From the NCBI GenBank assembly GCA_950097015.1, contig CATNEN010000038.1:9238001-9302000 (forward strand): DNA of 64,000 nt, written 5' to 3'. The position numbers were made by a program, and so were the translations under genes. This DNA comes from Macrostomum hystrix (lineage: Eukaryota > Animalia > Platyhelminthes). Below the pieces are notes generated by a model that saw only the letters and a list, made by a program, of their open reading frames with translations, had not been told where the DNA came from and made no database searches. Positions 48,529-60,865 of this stretch are shown in pieces (within the stretch, counting starts at the first letter, position 1; every line of letters starts with the position of its first letter).

Positions 48529-49617
48529 CAGTCTTTCATAGGTGTCTTGTCCGTGTTAGGTGTCTTGCTTAATGACACGAACAGTTCTCATACGGTTTAG
48601 ATTCGAACTCCCGACCTCTTAGTTAGAACAACTGGATTACTAGTTACAATGAAATATTTAACGATGGTTTTGACTATACTATATTCACAATTAAAAAACT
48701 TTTTAATAGTCGATTGATCTAACTTCCGATTAAAATACACATATATACGTTTGAAATTTATTTTCTTAGCTTTTCGTGTTTGGTATTTTTGTTTACAATT
48801 TGAGCACATATTCCAAGACACTACTTACTATAAATCATTATTAGTAGTCTCTGTTGCGTCTGATGTAAAATCCATTTAACACCAGATTTCACTGAAGTGA
48901 GAGAATCTTAATATTGGAGTTCAGCTGCTTCAAAGTCAAGAAATATTTCTTCGTCTTTATCTATTCATTTATTTTAATATTTCCTTTCTAGCCATTTTTT
49001 ACTATTTGATCTGCACTTTTATGAATTTCTACGCATCTGTGACTTTTATTCTAGTCCCATTCGTCTCTATGACTCTAGTAATTATAATCTCATTGATGCT
49101 GCTGTTGCTAAGACAAGTCCGTGTGTCCAGTTAACTGATATTAATTTCTAATTTAGCAATAAGATTGTGTTATTTCTGCTGGCTACCTGGCATAATTCAA
49201 ATTTCTTGCTTATCCGGCTTGGCACAATTGTGTCAGCAGTTTCTACCCAGTGCAGTCAATTGATTAATTGTTTTTTCTCTACTTTTTTACTTTAATCGCT
49301 TCAGCATTCAAATACGGTTATGCATTATTATTCTGCAATTATTTCGCTTCATTCTAGCCTAATAGTTTTCTAGTTGTCTGACTGACCGATATAAATGCAC
49401 TTTTTCTTTGTCCTTCTGTTTCTCACGTATTTTTTATGTTAAACAACTTCCATTATTGCTGCGGATGTTGCTTTGAGTGCGCGTTTCCTGCTCTGCGAAT
49501 TCCTTTACAAATATAATATTTGAGTCTTATTATTAGCGTAATCTGAGCTAGCTAGTCACATTGTGAGTTTGTGATTATTTGCAAAATTAATAGAACATAA
49601 ACATTCAACTGACACAT

Positions 49618-52553
49618 GTCACAATCTGGCAGACTAGAGTCACAATCTGACAGACTAGAGTCACAAACTGACAGACTAGAGTCACAAACTGACAGACTAG
49701 AGTCACAATCTGACAGACTAGAGTCACAAACTGACAGACTAGAGTCACAAACTGGCAGACTAGAGTCACAATCTGACAGACTAGAGTCACAATCTGACAG
49801 ACTAGAGTCACAAACTGACAGACTAGAGTCACAATCTGACAGACTAGAGTCACAATCTGACAGACTAGAGTCACAATCTGACAGACTAGAGTCACAATCT
49901 GACAGACTAGAGTCACAATCTGACAGACTATAGTCACAATCTGACAGACTAGAGTCACAATCTGACAGACTAGAGTCACAATCTGACAGACTAGAGTCAC
50001 AAACTGACAGACTAGAATCACAAACTGGCAGACTAGAGTCACAATATGACAGACTAGAGTCACAAACTGACAGACTAGAGTCACAATCTGACAGGCTAGA
50101 GTCACAATCTGGCAGACTAGAGTCACAAACTGACAGACTAGAGTCACAATCTGACAGACTAGAGTCACAATCTGGCAGACTAGAGTCACAAACTGACAGA
50201 CTAGAGTCACAATCTGACAGACTAGAATCACAAACTGGCAGACTAGAGTCACAATCTGACAGACTAGAGTCACAAACTGACAGACTAGAGTCACAATCTG
50301 ACAGACTAGAGTCACAATCTGACAGACTAGAGTCACAAACTGACAGACTAGAGTCACAATCTGGCAGACTAGAGTCACAATCTGACAGACTAGAGTCACA
50401 AACTGGCAGACTAGAGTCACAATCTGACAGACTAGAGTCACAATCTGACAGACTAGAATCACAAACTGGCAGACTAGAGTCACAATCTGACAGACTAGAG
50501 TCACAATCTGACAGACTAGAGTCACAAACTGACAGACTAGAGTCACAATCTGGCAGACTAGAGTCACAAACTGACAGACTAGAGTCACAATCTGACAGAC
50601 TAGAGTCACAAACTGACAGACTAGAATCACAAACTGGCAGACTAGAGTCACAATCTGACAGACTAGAGTCACAAACTGACAGACTAGAGTCACAATCTGG
50701 CAGACTAGAGTCACAATCTGACAGACTAGAGTCACAATCTGACAGACTAGAGTCACAAACTGACAGACTAGAGTCACAATCTGACAGACTAGAGTCACAA
50801 ACTGACAGACTAGAGTCACAATCTGGCAGACTAGAGTCACAATCTGACAGACTAGAGTCACAATCTGACAGACTAGAGTCACAAACTGACAGACTAGAGT
50901 CACAATCTGACAGGCTAGAGTCACAATCTGGCAGACTAGAGTCACAATCTGACAGACTAGAGTCACAAACTGACAGACTAGAATCACAAACTGGCAGACT
51001 AGAGTCACAATCTGACAGACTAGAATCACAAACTGGCAGACTAGAGTCACAATCTGACAGACTAGAGTCACAATCTGACAGACTAGAGTCACAATCTGAC
51101 AGACTAGAGTCACAATCTGACAGACTAGAATCACAAACTGGCAGACTAGAGTCACAATCTGACAGACTAGAGTCACAATCTGACAGACTAGAGTCACAAT
51201 CTGACAGACTAGAGTCACAATCTGACAGACTAGAGTCACAATCTGACAGACTAGAATCACAAACTGACAGACTAGAGTCACAATCTGACAGGCTAGAGTC
51301 ACAATCTGACAGACTAGAGTCACAATCTGACAGACTAGAGTCACAAACTGGCAGACTAGAGTCACAATCTGACAGGCTAGAGTCACAATCTGACAGACTA
51401 GAGTCACAATCTGACAGGCTAGAGTCACAATCTGACAGACTAGAGTCACAAACTGACAGACTAGAATCACAATCTGACAGACTAGAGTCACAATCTGACA
51501 GGCTAGAGTCACAATCTGGCAGACTAGAGTCACAATCTGACAGACTAGAGTCACAAACTGACAGACTAGAGTCACAATCTGACAGACTAGAATCACAAAC
51601 TGGCAGACTAGAGTCACAATCTGACAGACTAGAGTCACAATCTGACAGACTAGAGTCACAATCTGACAGACTAGAGTCACAATCTGACAGACTAGAATCA
51701 CAAACTGGCAGACTAGAGTCACAATCTGACAGACTAGAGTCACAATCTGACAGACTAGAGTCACAATCTGACAGACTAGAGTCACAATCTGACAGACTAG
51801 AGTCACAATCTGACAGACTAGAATCACAAACTGACAGACTAGAGTCACAATCTGACAGACTAGAGTCACAAACTGACAGACTAGAGTCACAATCTGACAG
51901 ACTAGAGTCACAATCTGACAGACTAGAGTCACAAACTGACAGACTAGAGTCACAATCTGACAGACTAGAGTCACAAACTGACAGACTAGAGTCACAAACT
52001 GACAGACTAGAGTCACAATCTGACAGACTAGAATCACAATCTGACAGACTAGAGTCACAAACTGACAGACTAGAGTCACAATCTGGCAGACTAGAGTCAC
52101 AATCTGACAGACTAGAGTCACAAACTGACAGACTAGAGTCACAATCTGACAGACTATAGTCACAATCTGACAGGCTAGAGTCACAAACTGACAGACTAGA
52201 GTCACAAACTGACAGACTAGAGTCACAATCTGACAGACTAGAGTCACAATCTGACAGACTATAGTCACAATCTGACAGGCTAGAGTCACAAACTGACAGA
52301 CTAGAGTCACAAACTGACAGACTAGAGTCACAATCTGACAGACTATAGTCACAATCTGACAGACTAGAGTCACAAACTGACAGACTAGAGTCACAATCTG
52401 ACAGACTAGAGTCACAAACTGACAGACTAGAGTCACAATCTGACAGACTATAGTCACAATCTGACAGGCTAGAGTCACAAACTGACAGACTAGAGTCACA
52501 ATATGACAGACTATAGTCACAATCTGACAGGCTAGAGTCACAAACTGACAGAC
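49618..52553. repeat. 21-bp satellite (GTCACAATCTGACAGACTAGA), ~140 units
   Basis: Directly visible; produces the 1007-aa and 1057-aa minus-strand pseudo-ORFs. Confidence 0.98.
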
Positions 52554-52636
52554 TGAGGCAAACAGTCCATCCCACTTGCAGGTATTATGTCTCGCAAACA
52601 CACACCGTGACACCAGTCGAAGGATCCGACTGAGAA

Positions 52637-55600
52637 ATGCTACGTCAGCTGTCAACCCTGCGTTGCACCGGCTTTCTGCAGCAACAGCAGGAGCGGCGGG
52701 GACAGCAGCTTGTGCTGCAAATCCAACGCCGGTTATCGCAGCCAGCGAAGCAGCAGCTGCAGCCGAAGCCGCGGCCAAAGCTAAGCGACCTTCGCCGCCT
52801 GGCTGCCCAGTCCCGTCCTGAGCGCTGGCACATCTCCGCCGGCATCGGCCTGCTGGCCTTCTCCAGCGGCGTCACCGTCTCGCTGCCATTTTTCATCGGC
52901 CGCATTGTCGACGTTATCGACGCTGAGAAAGACGACAAGCTAGCGTTACGTCGGTCCCTGACCCGCCTATCGGGCGGCCTGGCCGCGCTGTTCCTGCTAG
53001 CTGGTGCGGCCAATGCCGCCCGGGTCTACCTCATGCGCGCAGCCGGTCAGCGAATCATCAAGAGGATGCGGGACTCCGTGTACAGCAGCACTCTCTGCCA
53101 GGAGGCTAGTGCCTGGGGATAACTTTTTGATTGATTACACCTGCCCCGCGATTGGGTCAGATGTGTGAGTCGGCAGCACAGCCGCAGCTATTGCGCTGCG
53201 CATCTGAAAGCTGCGTACGGCTGTTCAGTCCATGGACTGGTTGGACGCTACACCCACCCTTCACAGATTTTTCCAGTAGAGTCGAGAATCGAACCCCCGG
53301 CGTTTGAGTCGTGATTCCGACTTAATAGGGAGATAAAGAGGGAGACTGGATATATAGTTTTGTAAAGATAGAGAAAAACCTACAAAAAAGGAACTCTAAA
53401 AAACAGCTGATCAGTTGAGCACTCGCCGCGCTCCAGGTGGCCTTCTTCGACCGGAGCCGCACCGGCGAGCTGGTGAACCGGCTGAGCGCCGACACGGCTC
53501 TGGTTGGCGAGTCGCTGACGCTCAACGTCGCCGACGGCATGCGGTCGACTTTCATGGCCGCCGCGAGCGTCGGCATGATGATCTACGTGTGCCCCCGCCT
53601 AGCCGCCGTCTCGCTGGCCGTTGTGCCCCCGGTGGCAGTCCTGGCCGTGGTTTATGGCCGTTATGTAAAGCGGATCTCCCAGCAGGTGCAGGACCGGCTG
53701 GCGGCCGCCACCCAGCTGGCTGAGGAGCGGCTCAGCGGCATCCGCACCGTTCGCGCCTTCGCCCGGGAGGCCGACGAGATCGCCAGGTGGGCCGCAGGTC
53801 TCAAATCCTCAGATCCCACTGATCCTCAGATCCCACTGGTCCTGAGATCCCACTAATCCTAAGATACCACTGTTCCCGAGATCCCACTGATCCTCAGATC
53901 CCACTGATCCTCAGATCCCACTGGTCCTCAGATCCCACTGGTCCTGAGATCCCACTAATCCTAAGATACCACTGTTCCCGAGATCCCACTGATCCTCAGA
54001 TCCCACTGTTCCTGAGATCCCACTAATCCTCAGATCCCACTGATCCTCAGATCCCACTGTTCCTGAGATCCCACTAATCCTCAGATCCGACTGGTCCTCA
54101 GATCCCACTGATTATTGAATCCCACGGGTGCTCAAATACCACTGATCCCTAGATCCCTTTAGTCCAATTTTTCCCCTTATGTCCCACTTATCAGTATATC
54201 ATTTTTATCTTCAGATTCCAATTATCATCAGATCCCTCTGATCCTGCCCTACGCTGCCTCCTCTGAAATCCTAAATCTAAGTCTTATAAATCCCCTCCGT
54301 ATCCCCTGCAGCTAAGAAGTCGGTGGCAGAGCGGTTAACGCGTTTGCCTCTCGCACCAAGGTCCCTAAGTTCAATTCCGCGGCAAGGCCATATTTATTTG
54401 GGGCGCAGCCGCGGAGAGAAGGCTTTGGGGGCTTGTCGTGCAATTTACACCCTTAAGGGCCAACTTCCAAGGCACAGTGAGAGTGTACACTGCCTGACGA
54501 TGAGAAAGTCAGGGCAGATGTACACACGTGTGTGAGCTTGTGCCTGCGTACAGTATCTGTGTGCGTGTGTGCTCAGGAGTCAGAAAAATGGGCAGAATTG
54601 CCTCCTCGCTAGCTGCGTGTCTAGTGTCACCAAATGATGTGCCATTGCCCGCAGCCGTCCTGCAATTATTATTATTATTATCCCGTGCAGCTACTCCCAG
54701 GAGACCCAGTCCGTCTACGAGACCACGCTCAGCGAAGCCCGCGCCAGGGCGGTGTTCTTCGGCTCCGTGACCGCGGCCGGCAACCTGGTGGTGCTGAGCG
54801 TGCTCTACTCGGGCGGCATCATGATGTCTGACGGCCAGCTCAGTGTGGGCAGTCTGTCCGCCTTCCTGCTCTACGCTGTCTACGTTGGCATCTCAATTAA
54901 CGGCGTGAGCTCCTTCTACTCGGACCTCATGCGTGGCCTTGGCGCCAGCCAGCGCCTCTGGCAGCTCATCGATCGCCGGCCGAGCATTCCGGCTCTGCCC
55001 GACTGTGAGTCAGCGAAGAGGCCGGCCTCGGTGCTCGGCGAGATCGCCTTCCATCAGATGTCGTTCAGCTACCGCAGCTCCGGCGGTGGCGTCGCCGACA
55101 GTCAGGACAAAGCGGAGGCGAGCCGAGTCCAACTGTTTAACGGCCTGGACCTCAAGGTGCCCGCAGGCAGCAGCCTGGCCATCGTCGGACCGTCGGGCTC
55201 GGGCAAGTCAACGCTCGGCCACCTGCTGCTGCGCTTCTACGACCCCGACAGCGGCAGCGTGACTCTGGACGGTCTGGACATTCGCCAGCTGGACCCGGTG
55301 TGGCTGAGGAGTCAGGTTAGTCTGTTGACTTTCTGGCTGATTATGTGACTTAGGGTTCGATTCTTAGTGAGCCTATATGTATCGAAAATTCTAAATTCAA
55401 AAGTTGCAAAAAACTATTTTCTAAATGCCGCACGATCAGATCGGCTGCGTGCCCCAGGAGCCGACGCTTTTCTCCTGCAGCGTGGCCGACAACATTCGCT
55501 ACGGCGCAGTCGACCAGTCGCCAGTCTCTCTGGCCGAAGTTGAAGCCGCGGCCCGGCTGGCCAACGCGCACGCATTCATCTCGGCACTGCCGCACGGCTA

Positions 55601-56042
55601 CGACACGCTGGTTGGCGAGCGCGGTGTCCTGCTGTCCGGCGGCCAGCGTCAGCGGGTGGCTATCGCCCGGGCCATTGTAAAGAATCCGCGAGTGCTTCTG
55701 CTTGACGAAGCGACCAGGTAAGCAATAACTAGGTCCTCAATAATTGCTGTCCAATTAAGCCCCACAAAGTCCGCTGACCCCTGGGCACACGAGCTATTCC
55801 TCGCCTACCCATTTATTAGCGCCCTGGACGCGGAGAGTGAATTTCTTGTGCACGACGCCCTGCTGAAAGTAGCCAAGGGCAGAACTGTCATCACCATCGC
55901 CCATCGGCTGTCCACCATCCGGTCAGCTGACTTCATCGGCGTCCTGGCCGACGGTCGCCTAGCCGAGCTGGGTAGCTACGCGGAGCTCATGGCCAAGCCG
56001 GATGGCGCGTTTCGTCGCCTAATTGAACGGCAGACTCTCTGA
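52637..56042 (+). CDS. ABCB10: Mitochondrial ABC half-transporter ABCB10; exons 52637-53104, 53437-53786, 54691-55315, 55440-55717, 55820-56042
   Basis: Arg-rich presequence; QE|[20 protein letters not shown]; [44 protein letters not shown] (ABCB10-typical); Walker [10 protein letters not shown]; LSGGQRQR; LLLDEATS|ALD; IAHRLST. Intron 1 requires a GC donor. Confidence 0.93.
53150..53322 (-). mobile_element. SINE family 2, internally deleted copy in ABCB10 intron 1
   Basis: GCAGCACAGCCGCAGCTATTGCGC..CAGTCCATGGACTG..GAATCGAACCCCCG. Confidence 0.8.
53808..54155. repeat. Degenerate 17-20-bp intronic minisatellite (CCTCAGATCCCACTGAT)
   Basis: Directly visible. Confidence 0.92.
54315..54678 (+). 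mobile_element. Full-length tRNA-derived SINE family 1 with (TTA)n tail and 15-bp TSD
   Basis: A box TGGCAGAGCGG, B box GTTCAATTCC and tail TTATTATTATTATTA. TSD TATCCCCTGCAGCTA (54300-54314) / TATCCCGTGCAGCTA (54679-54693). Homologous to 61690-62000. Confidence 0.9.
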
Positions 56043-56654
56043 ATGGATTTTTAATAGACTTTGCAACCCGATATGTATCGAAAAATGCAAAACTTTTAAG
56101 GCAAGCTATGCAATGTATTTTTTAGATTTTCGGGCTGGGCGGTTTTGCTGTCTTGCTGTTTTACAATATTCGTCAATCATGCCTATTCTATTGCTCCAGC
56201 CGATATTATATTTACTGGTGCTGTTTTTATTCAATGCTTTTTGGATCACAAAATCTGGCTTGAATTTGAGATTAGCTGGTGAGCTTGTACATTTCTGCAC
56301 TTTTGCTGTTGTGTTTTTTTGCATTCGTGTTACTGTTAGTAGTATGCTTTTAGCATTTTCCCGATTCTTGTTTCTTGCTTTTTCAATTTTTTGGATGTCT
56401 AACCAGACGCTCTATTGGCTAATACTGATAAATGATTTCCTTCTTAACTAAAGAGTACATAATCGGATAGCTATTTCAGTTTCAAGCTGGTCTATGAATT
56501 ATTTACGGTAATCAAATATATTTAATTATTGAGTATTTCACTTTCAGACAGCGGCTTGGATTTTTCTCATTTCCCTAATCCCAACTAGTTCAGATCCAAC
56601 AATGAGTAATCTCCACGCTGCTCACTGATTTGCAGATTGCTCAGCAGGTAACCA

Positions 56655-57479
56655 ATGACTCAGTGCGCCAATTGTGCCTCCCTGGCCAGCATGTGCGCCC
56701 AGCTGGCGGCCCGGGTGGCCACCCTCGAGGCCGCTCTGGAGGCTGCCGTAGCCGCCGCTCCCGCTGTGGACGTCATGGACTCGGACGGTGACGTCAAGCA
56801 CGAGCCGCTCGAGTTGTCGGAGCCTCTAGCTGAGTCGCCTGAACAGTCTGACAGCGTCAGACTTCCTGAGCTACTGGACGACGGCGACTCGTTCGGCGAT
56901 GTTGCCGACTGCGGCGCCGAGCTGCCCACCTGGCCCCTGTCCGACCTGGCCGAGGAGTTCAAGAGCTTCCCGGTCACCAAGTCGCAGCGGGATCAGGTGC
57001 ATCGGCGAGTCCGCGAGTTCCAGCTGGCCGCTCAGGCCCAGGCCGAGTCCGCCGACAGCGTCAAGGCCGCCGCCGATCTGGCCAAGGCCGAGACCCGCCT
57101 GGTGCGGTCCGTTCTGAGAAGCCTCATCAGCGACGATGAGTTTATCGCCACCAACTTCACGGGCCGCAAGTCCAGCAGCTCCTGCGGCCCAGCCCAGGCT
57201 GCAGCCTGTCCGGCCAAGATCAGCCTGGCCAAGGACTTCTGCCACTCGGCAGCCGGTCTGAAAGTCAGCCGCGAATCGCTTCAACGGGCCTACAAGCAGT
57301 GCCGCGAGACCGCTTTGCTGGCGCGCAAGCCGGACCTGCGCGAGGCTAGGCGCGTCAGGACGGCCGTGTGGAAGCGGAGCCGCAAGGCCGCTGTGGCCTG
57401 CGGCGCTTCGGTCTCCGTGGAGCCTGCGCCGTATGGCGACCTGAGCAGCAGCCATATCTCAACAGACTCGACCTCCTAG
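56655..57479 (+). CDS. Single-coding-exon protein: N-terminal CxxC and coiled coil, C-terminal BEN-like domain (274 aa)
   Basis: GC-rich coding-style ORF. ETRLVRSVLRSLISDDEFIATNFTGRK...KISLAKDF...RAYKQCRE followed by a basic tail fits the BEN pattern by eye only. Contains a SUMO-like VKHE motif. Confidence 0.7.
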   Translation: MTQCANCASLASMCAQLAARVATLEAALEAAVAAAPAVDVMDSDGDVKHEPLELSEPLAESPEQSDSVRLPELLDDGDSFGDVADCGAELPTWPLSDLAEEFKSFPVTKSQRDQVHRRVREFQLAAQAQAESADSVKAAADLAKAETRLVRSVLRSLISDDEFIATNFTGRKSSSSCGPAQAAACPAKISLAKDFCHSAAGLKVSRESLQRAYKQCRETALLARKPDLREARRVRTAVWKRSRKAAVACGASVSVEPAPYGDLSSSHISTDSTS

Positions 57480-57982
57480 CTGCTGTGACTGATAATCCCA
57501 ATATATCCCTATTCCCAGTATCAAGCTAGTGCATTATTGGTTACATTTTGGGGGTTTCAAACGCTCTGACAAAATCAATTGTATTGTTTGCTTCTGTGTC
57601 TCAAGCAGCATAGTTCGGCTGCAGCAATTCAATATTTTATGCCAGTTTTTTTAAGTCGATCTGATCGAATTTTTTTCTGTTGACGATTCTGTAGACGCAG
57701 ACAAAAATTACTCTTGTACAGTTGGCACCCTCTGTGTTTAATATATAATACAAGTGTAATAAGTGCTGTCTAAAGCTATTTAGATATGAGCGGTACAGTG
57801 TTCTAGGTGACCTAGCATCGTTAGTTCTTTAGCATCTTTGTCGGTTTAACTAAATATGCTAAAGTTACTTCTAATATATTGGTAGGAAAAAGAAAATATT
57901 TTTTAAAACAGCACTGAAGAGAACATTCAATTACTCAATTCAACTCAATTATTGAGGAACATCTCTGTAGGCTCCGTTTGGT

Positions 57983-60865
57983 ATCGAAGCAGAACCTGAT
58001 GCTAGAATCGAAGCAGAAGCTGTTGCAAGAATCGAAGCAGGAGCTGATGCTAGAATCGAAGCAGAAGCTGATGCAAGAATCGAAGCAGAACCTGATGCTA
58101 GAATCGAAGCAGGAGCTTATACTGGAATCGAAGCAGAACCTGATGCTAGAATCGAAGCAGGAGCTGATGCTAGAATCAAAGCAGGAGCTGATGCTAGAAT
58201 CAAAGCAGGAGCTTATACTGGAATCGAAGCAAAACTTGATGCTAGAATCGAAGCAGGAGCTGATGCTAGAATCGAAAAAGCAGGAGCTGATGCTAGAATC
58301 GAAGCAGGAGCTGATGCTAGAATCGAAGCAGGAGCTGATGCTAGAATCGAAGCAGGAGCTGATGCTAGAATCGAAGCAGAACCTGATGCTAGAATCGAAG
58401 CAGGAGCTTATACTGGAATCGAAGAAGAACCTGATGCTAGAATCGAAGCAGGAGCTGATGCTAGAATCAAAGCAGGAGCTGATGCTAGAATCGAAGCAGG
58501 AGCTTATACTGGAATAGAAGCAGAACCTAATGCTAGAATCGAAGCAGAACCTGATGCAAGAATCGAAACAGAACCTGATGCTAGAATCGAAGCAGAACCT
58601 GATGCTAGAATCGAAGCAGGAGCTGATGCTAGAATCGAAGCAGGAGCTGATGCTAGAATCGAAGCAGGAGCTGATGCTAGAATCGAAGCAGGAGCTGATG
58701 CTAGAATCAAAGCAGGAGCTTATGCAAGAATCGAAGCAGAACCTGATGCTAGAATCGAAGCAGGAGCTTATACTGGAATCGAAGCAGAACCTGATGCTAG
58801 AATCGAAGCAGCAGCTGATGCTAGAATCAAAGCAGGAGCTGATGCTAGAATCGAAGCAGAAGCTGATGCAAGAATCGAAGCAGAACCTGATGCTAGAATC
58901 GAAGCAGGAGCTTATACTGGAATCGAAGCAGAACCTGATGCTAGAATCGAAGCAGGAGCTGATGCTAGAATCGAAGCAGGAGCTGATGCTAGAATCGAAG
59001 CAGGAGCTTATACTGGAATCGAAACAGAACCTGATGCTAGAATCGAAGCAGGAGCTGATGCAAGAATCAAAGCAGGAGCTTATACTGGAATCGAAACAGA
59101 ACCTGATGCAAGAATCGAAGCAGGAGCTGATGCTAGAATCGAAGCAGGAGCTTATACTGGAATCGAAACAGAACCTGATGCTAGAATCGAAGCAGAAGCT
59201 GTTGCAAGAATCGAAGCAGGAGCTGATGCTAGAATCGAAGCAGGAGCTGATGCTAGAATCGAAGCAGGAGCTGATGCTAGAATCGAAGCAGGAGCTGATG
59301 CTAGAATCAAAGCAGGAGCTTATGCAAGAATCGAAGCAGAACCTGATGCTAGAATCGAAGCAGGAGCTTATACTGGAATCGAAGCAGAACCTGATGCTAG
59401 AATCGAAGCAGCAGCTGATGCTAGAATCAAAGCAGGAGCTGATGCTAGAATCGAAGCAGAAGCTGATGCAAGAATCGAAGCAGAACCTGATGCTAGAATC
59501 GAAGCAGGAGCTTATACTGGAATCGAAGCAGAACCTGATGCTAGAATCGAAGCAGGAGCTGATGCTAGAATCGAAGCAGGAGCTGATGCTAGAATCGAAG
59601 CAGGAGCTTATACTGGAATCGAAACAGAACCTGATGCTAGAATCGAAGCAGGAGCTGATGCAAGAATCAAAGCAGGAGCTTATACTGGAATCGAAACAGA
59701 ACCTGATGCAAGAATCGAAGCAGGAGCTGATGCTAGAATCGAAGCAGGAGCTTATACTGGAATCGAAACAGAACCTGATGCTAGAATCGAAGCAGAAGCT
59801 GTTGCAAGAATCGAAGCAGGAGCTGATGCTAGAATCGAAGCAGGAGCTGATACTAGAATCGAAACAGAACCTGATGCTAGAATCGAAGCAGGAGCTGATG
59901 CTAGAATCGAAGCAGAACCTGATGCTAGAATGGAAGGAGAAACTGATACTAGAATCGAAGCAGGAGCTGATGCTAGAATCGAAGCAGGAGCTGATGCTAG
60001 AATCGAAGCAGGAGCTGATGCTAGAATCGAAGCAGTGGCTGATGCTAGAATGGAAGGAGAAACTGATACTAGAATCGAAGCAGAACCTGATGCTAGAATC
60101 GAAGCAGAACCTGATGCTAGAATCGAAACAGAACCTGATGCTAGAATCGAAACAGAACCTGATGCTAGAATCGAAGCAGGAGCTGATGCTAGAATCAAAG
60201 CAGGAGCTGATGCTAGAATCGAAGCAGGAGCTGATGCTAGAATCGAAGCAGTGGCTGATGCTAGAATGGAAGGAGAAACTGATACTAGAATCGAAGCAGA
60301 ACCTGATGCTAGAATCGAAGCAGAACCTGATGCTAGAATCGAAGCAGAACCTGATGCTAGAATCGAAACAGAACCTGATGCTAGAATCGAAGCAGAACCT
60401 GATGCTAGAATCGAAGCAGAACCTGATGCTAGAATCAAAGCAGGAGCTGATGCTAGAATCGAAGCAGAACCTGATGCTAGAATCGAAGCAGGAGCTGATG
60501 CTAGAATCGAAGCAGGAGCTGATGCTAGAATCGAAGCAGGAGCTGATGATAGAATCGAAGCAGTGGCTGATGCTAGAATGGAAGGAGAAACTGATACTAG
60601 AATCGAAGCAGAACCTGATGCTAGAATCGAAGCAGAACCTGATGCTAGAATCAAAGCAGAACCTGATGCTAGAATCGAAGCAGGAGCTGATGCTAGAATC
60701 GAAGCAGTGGCTGATGCTAGAATGGAAGGAGAAACTGATACTAGAATCGAAGCAGAACCTGATGCTAGAATCGAAGCAGAACCTGATGCTAGAATCGAAA
60801 CAGAACCTGATGCTAGAATCGAAACAGAACCTGATGCTAGAATCGAATCAGGAGCTGATGCTTGA
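57983..60865. repeat. 24-bp satellite (GAATCGAAGCAGGAGCTGATGCTA), ~120 units, with higher-order structure
   Basis: Directly visible; 58621-59220 is repeated at 59221-59820. Confidence 0.97.

Noticed and set aside
49552-52778. 1007-aa and 1057-aa minus-strand Cys-rich ORFs
   Set aside because: Translations of a stop-free 21-bp satellite in two frames; their starts overlap the ABCB10 5' region on the opposite strand.
54318-54390. tRNA gene
   Set aside because: The A/B boxes belong to a SINE head followed by a shared body, tail and TSD; the cloverleaf is imperfect. The same applies to 42610-42681.
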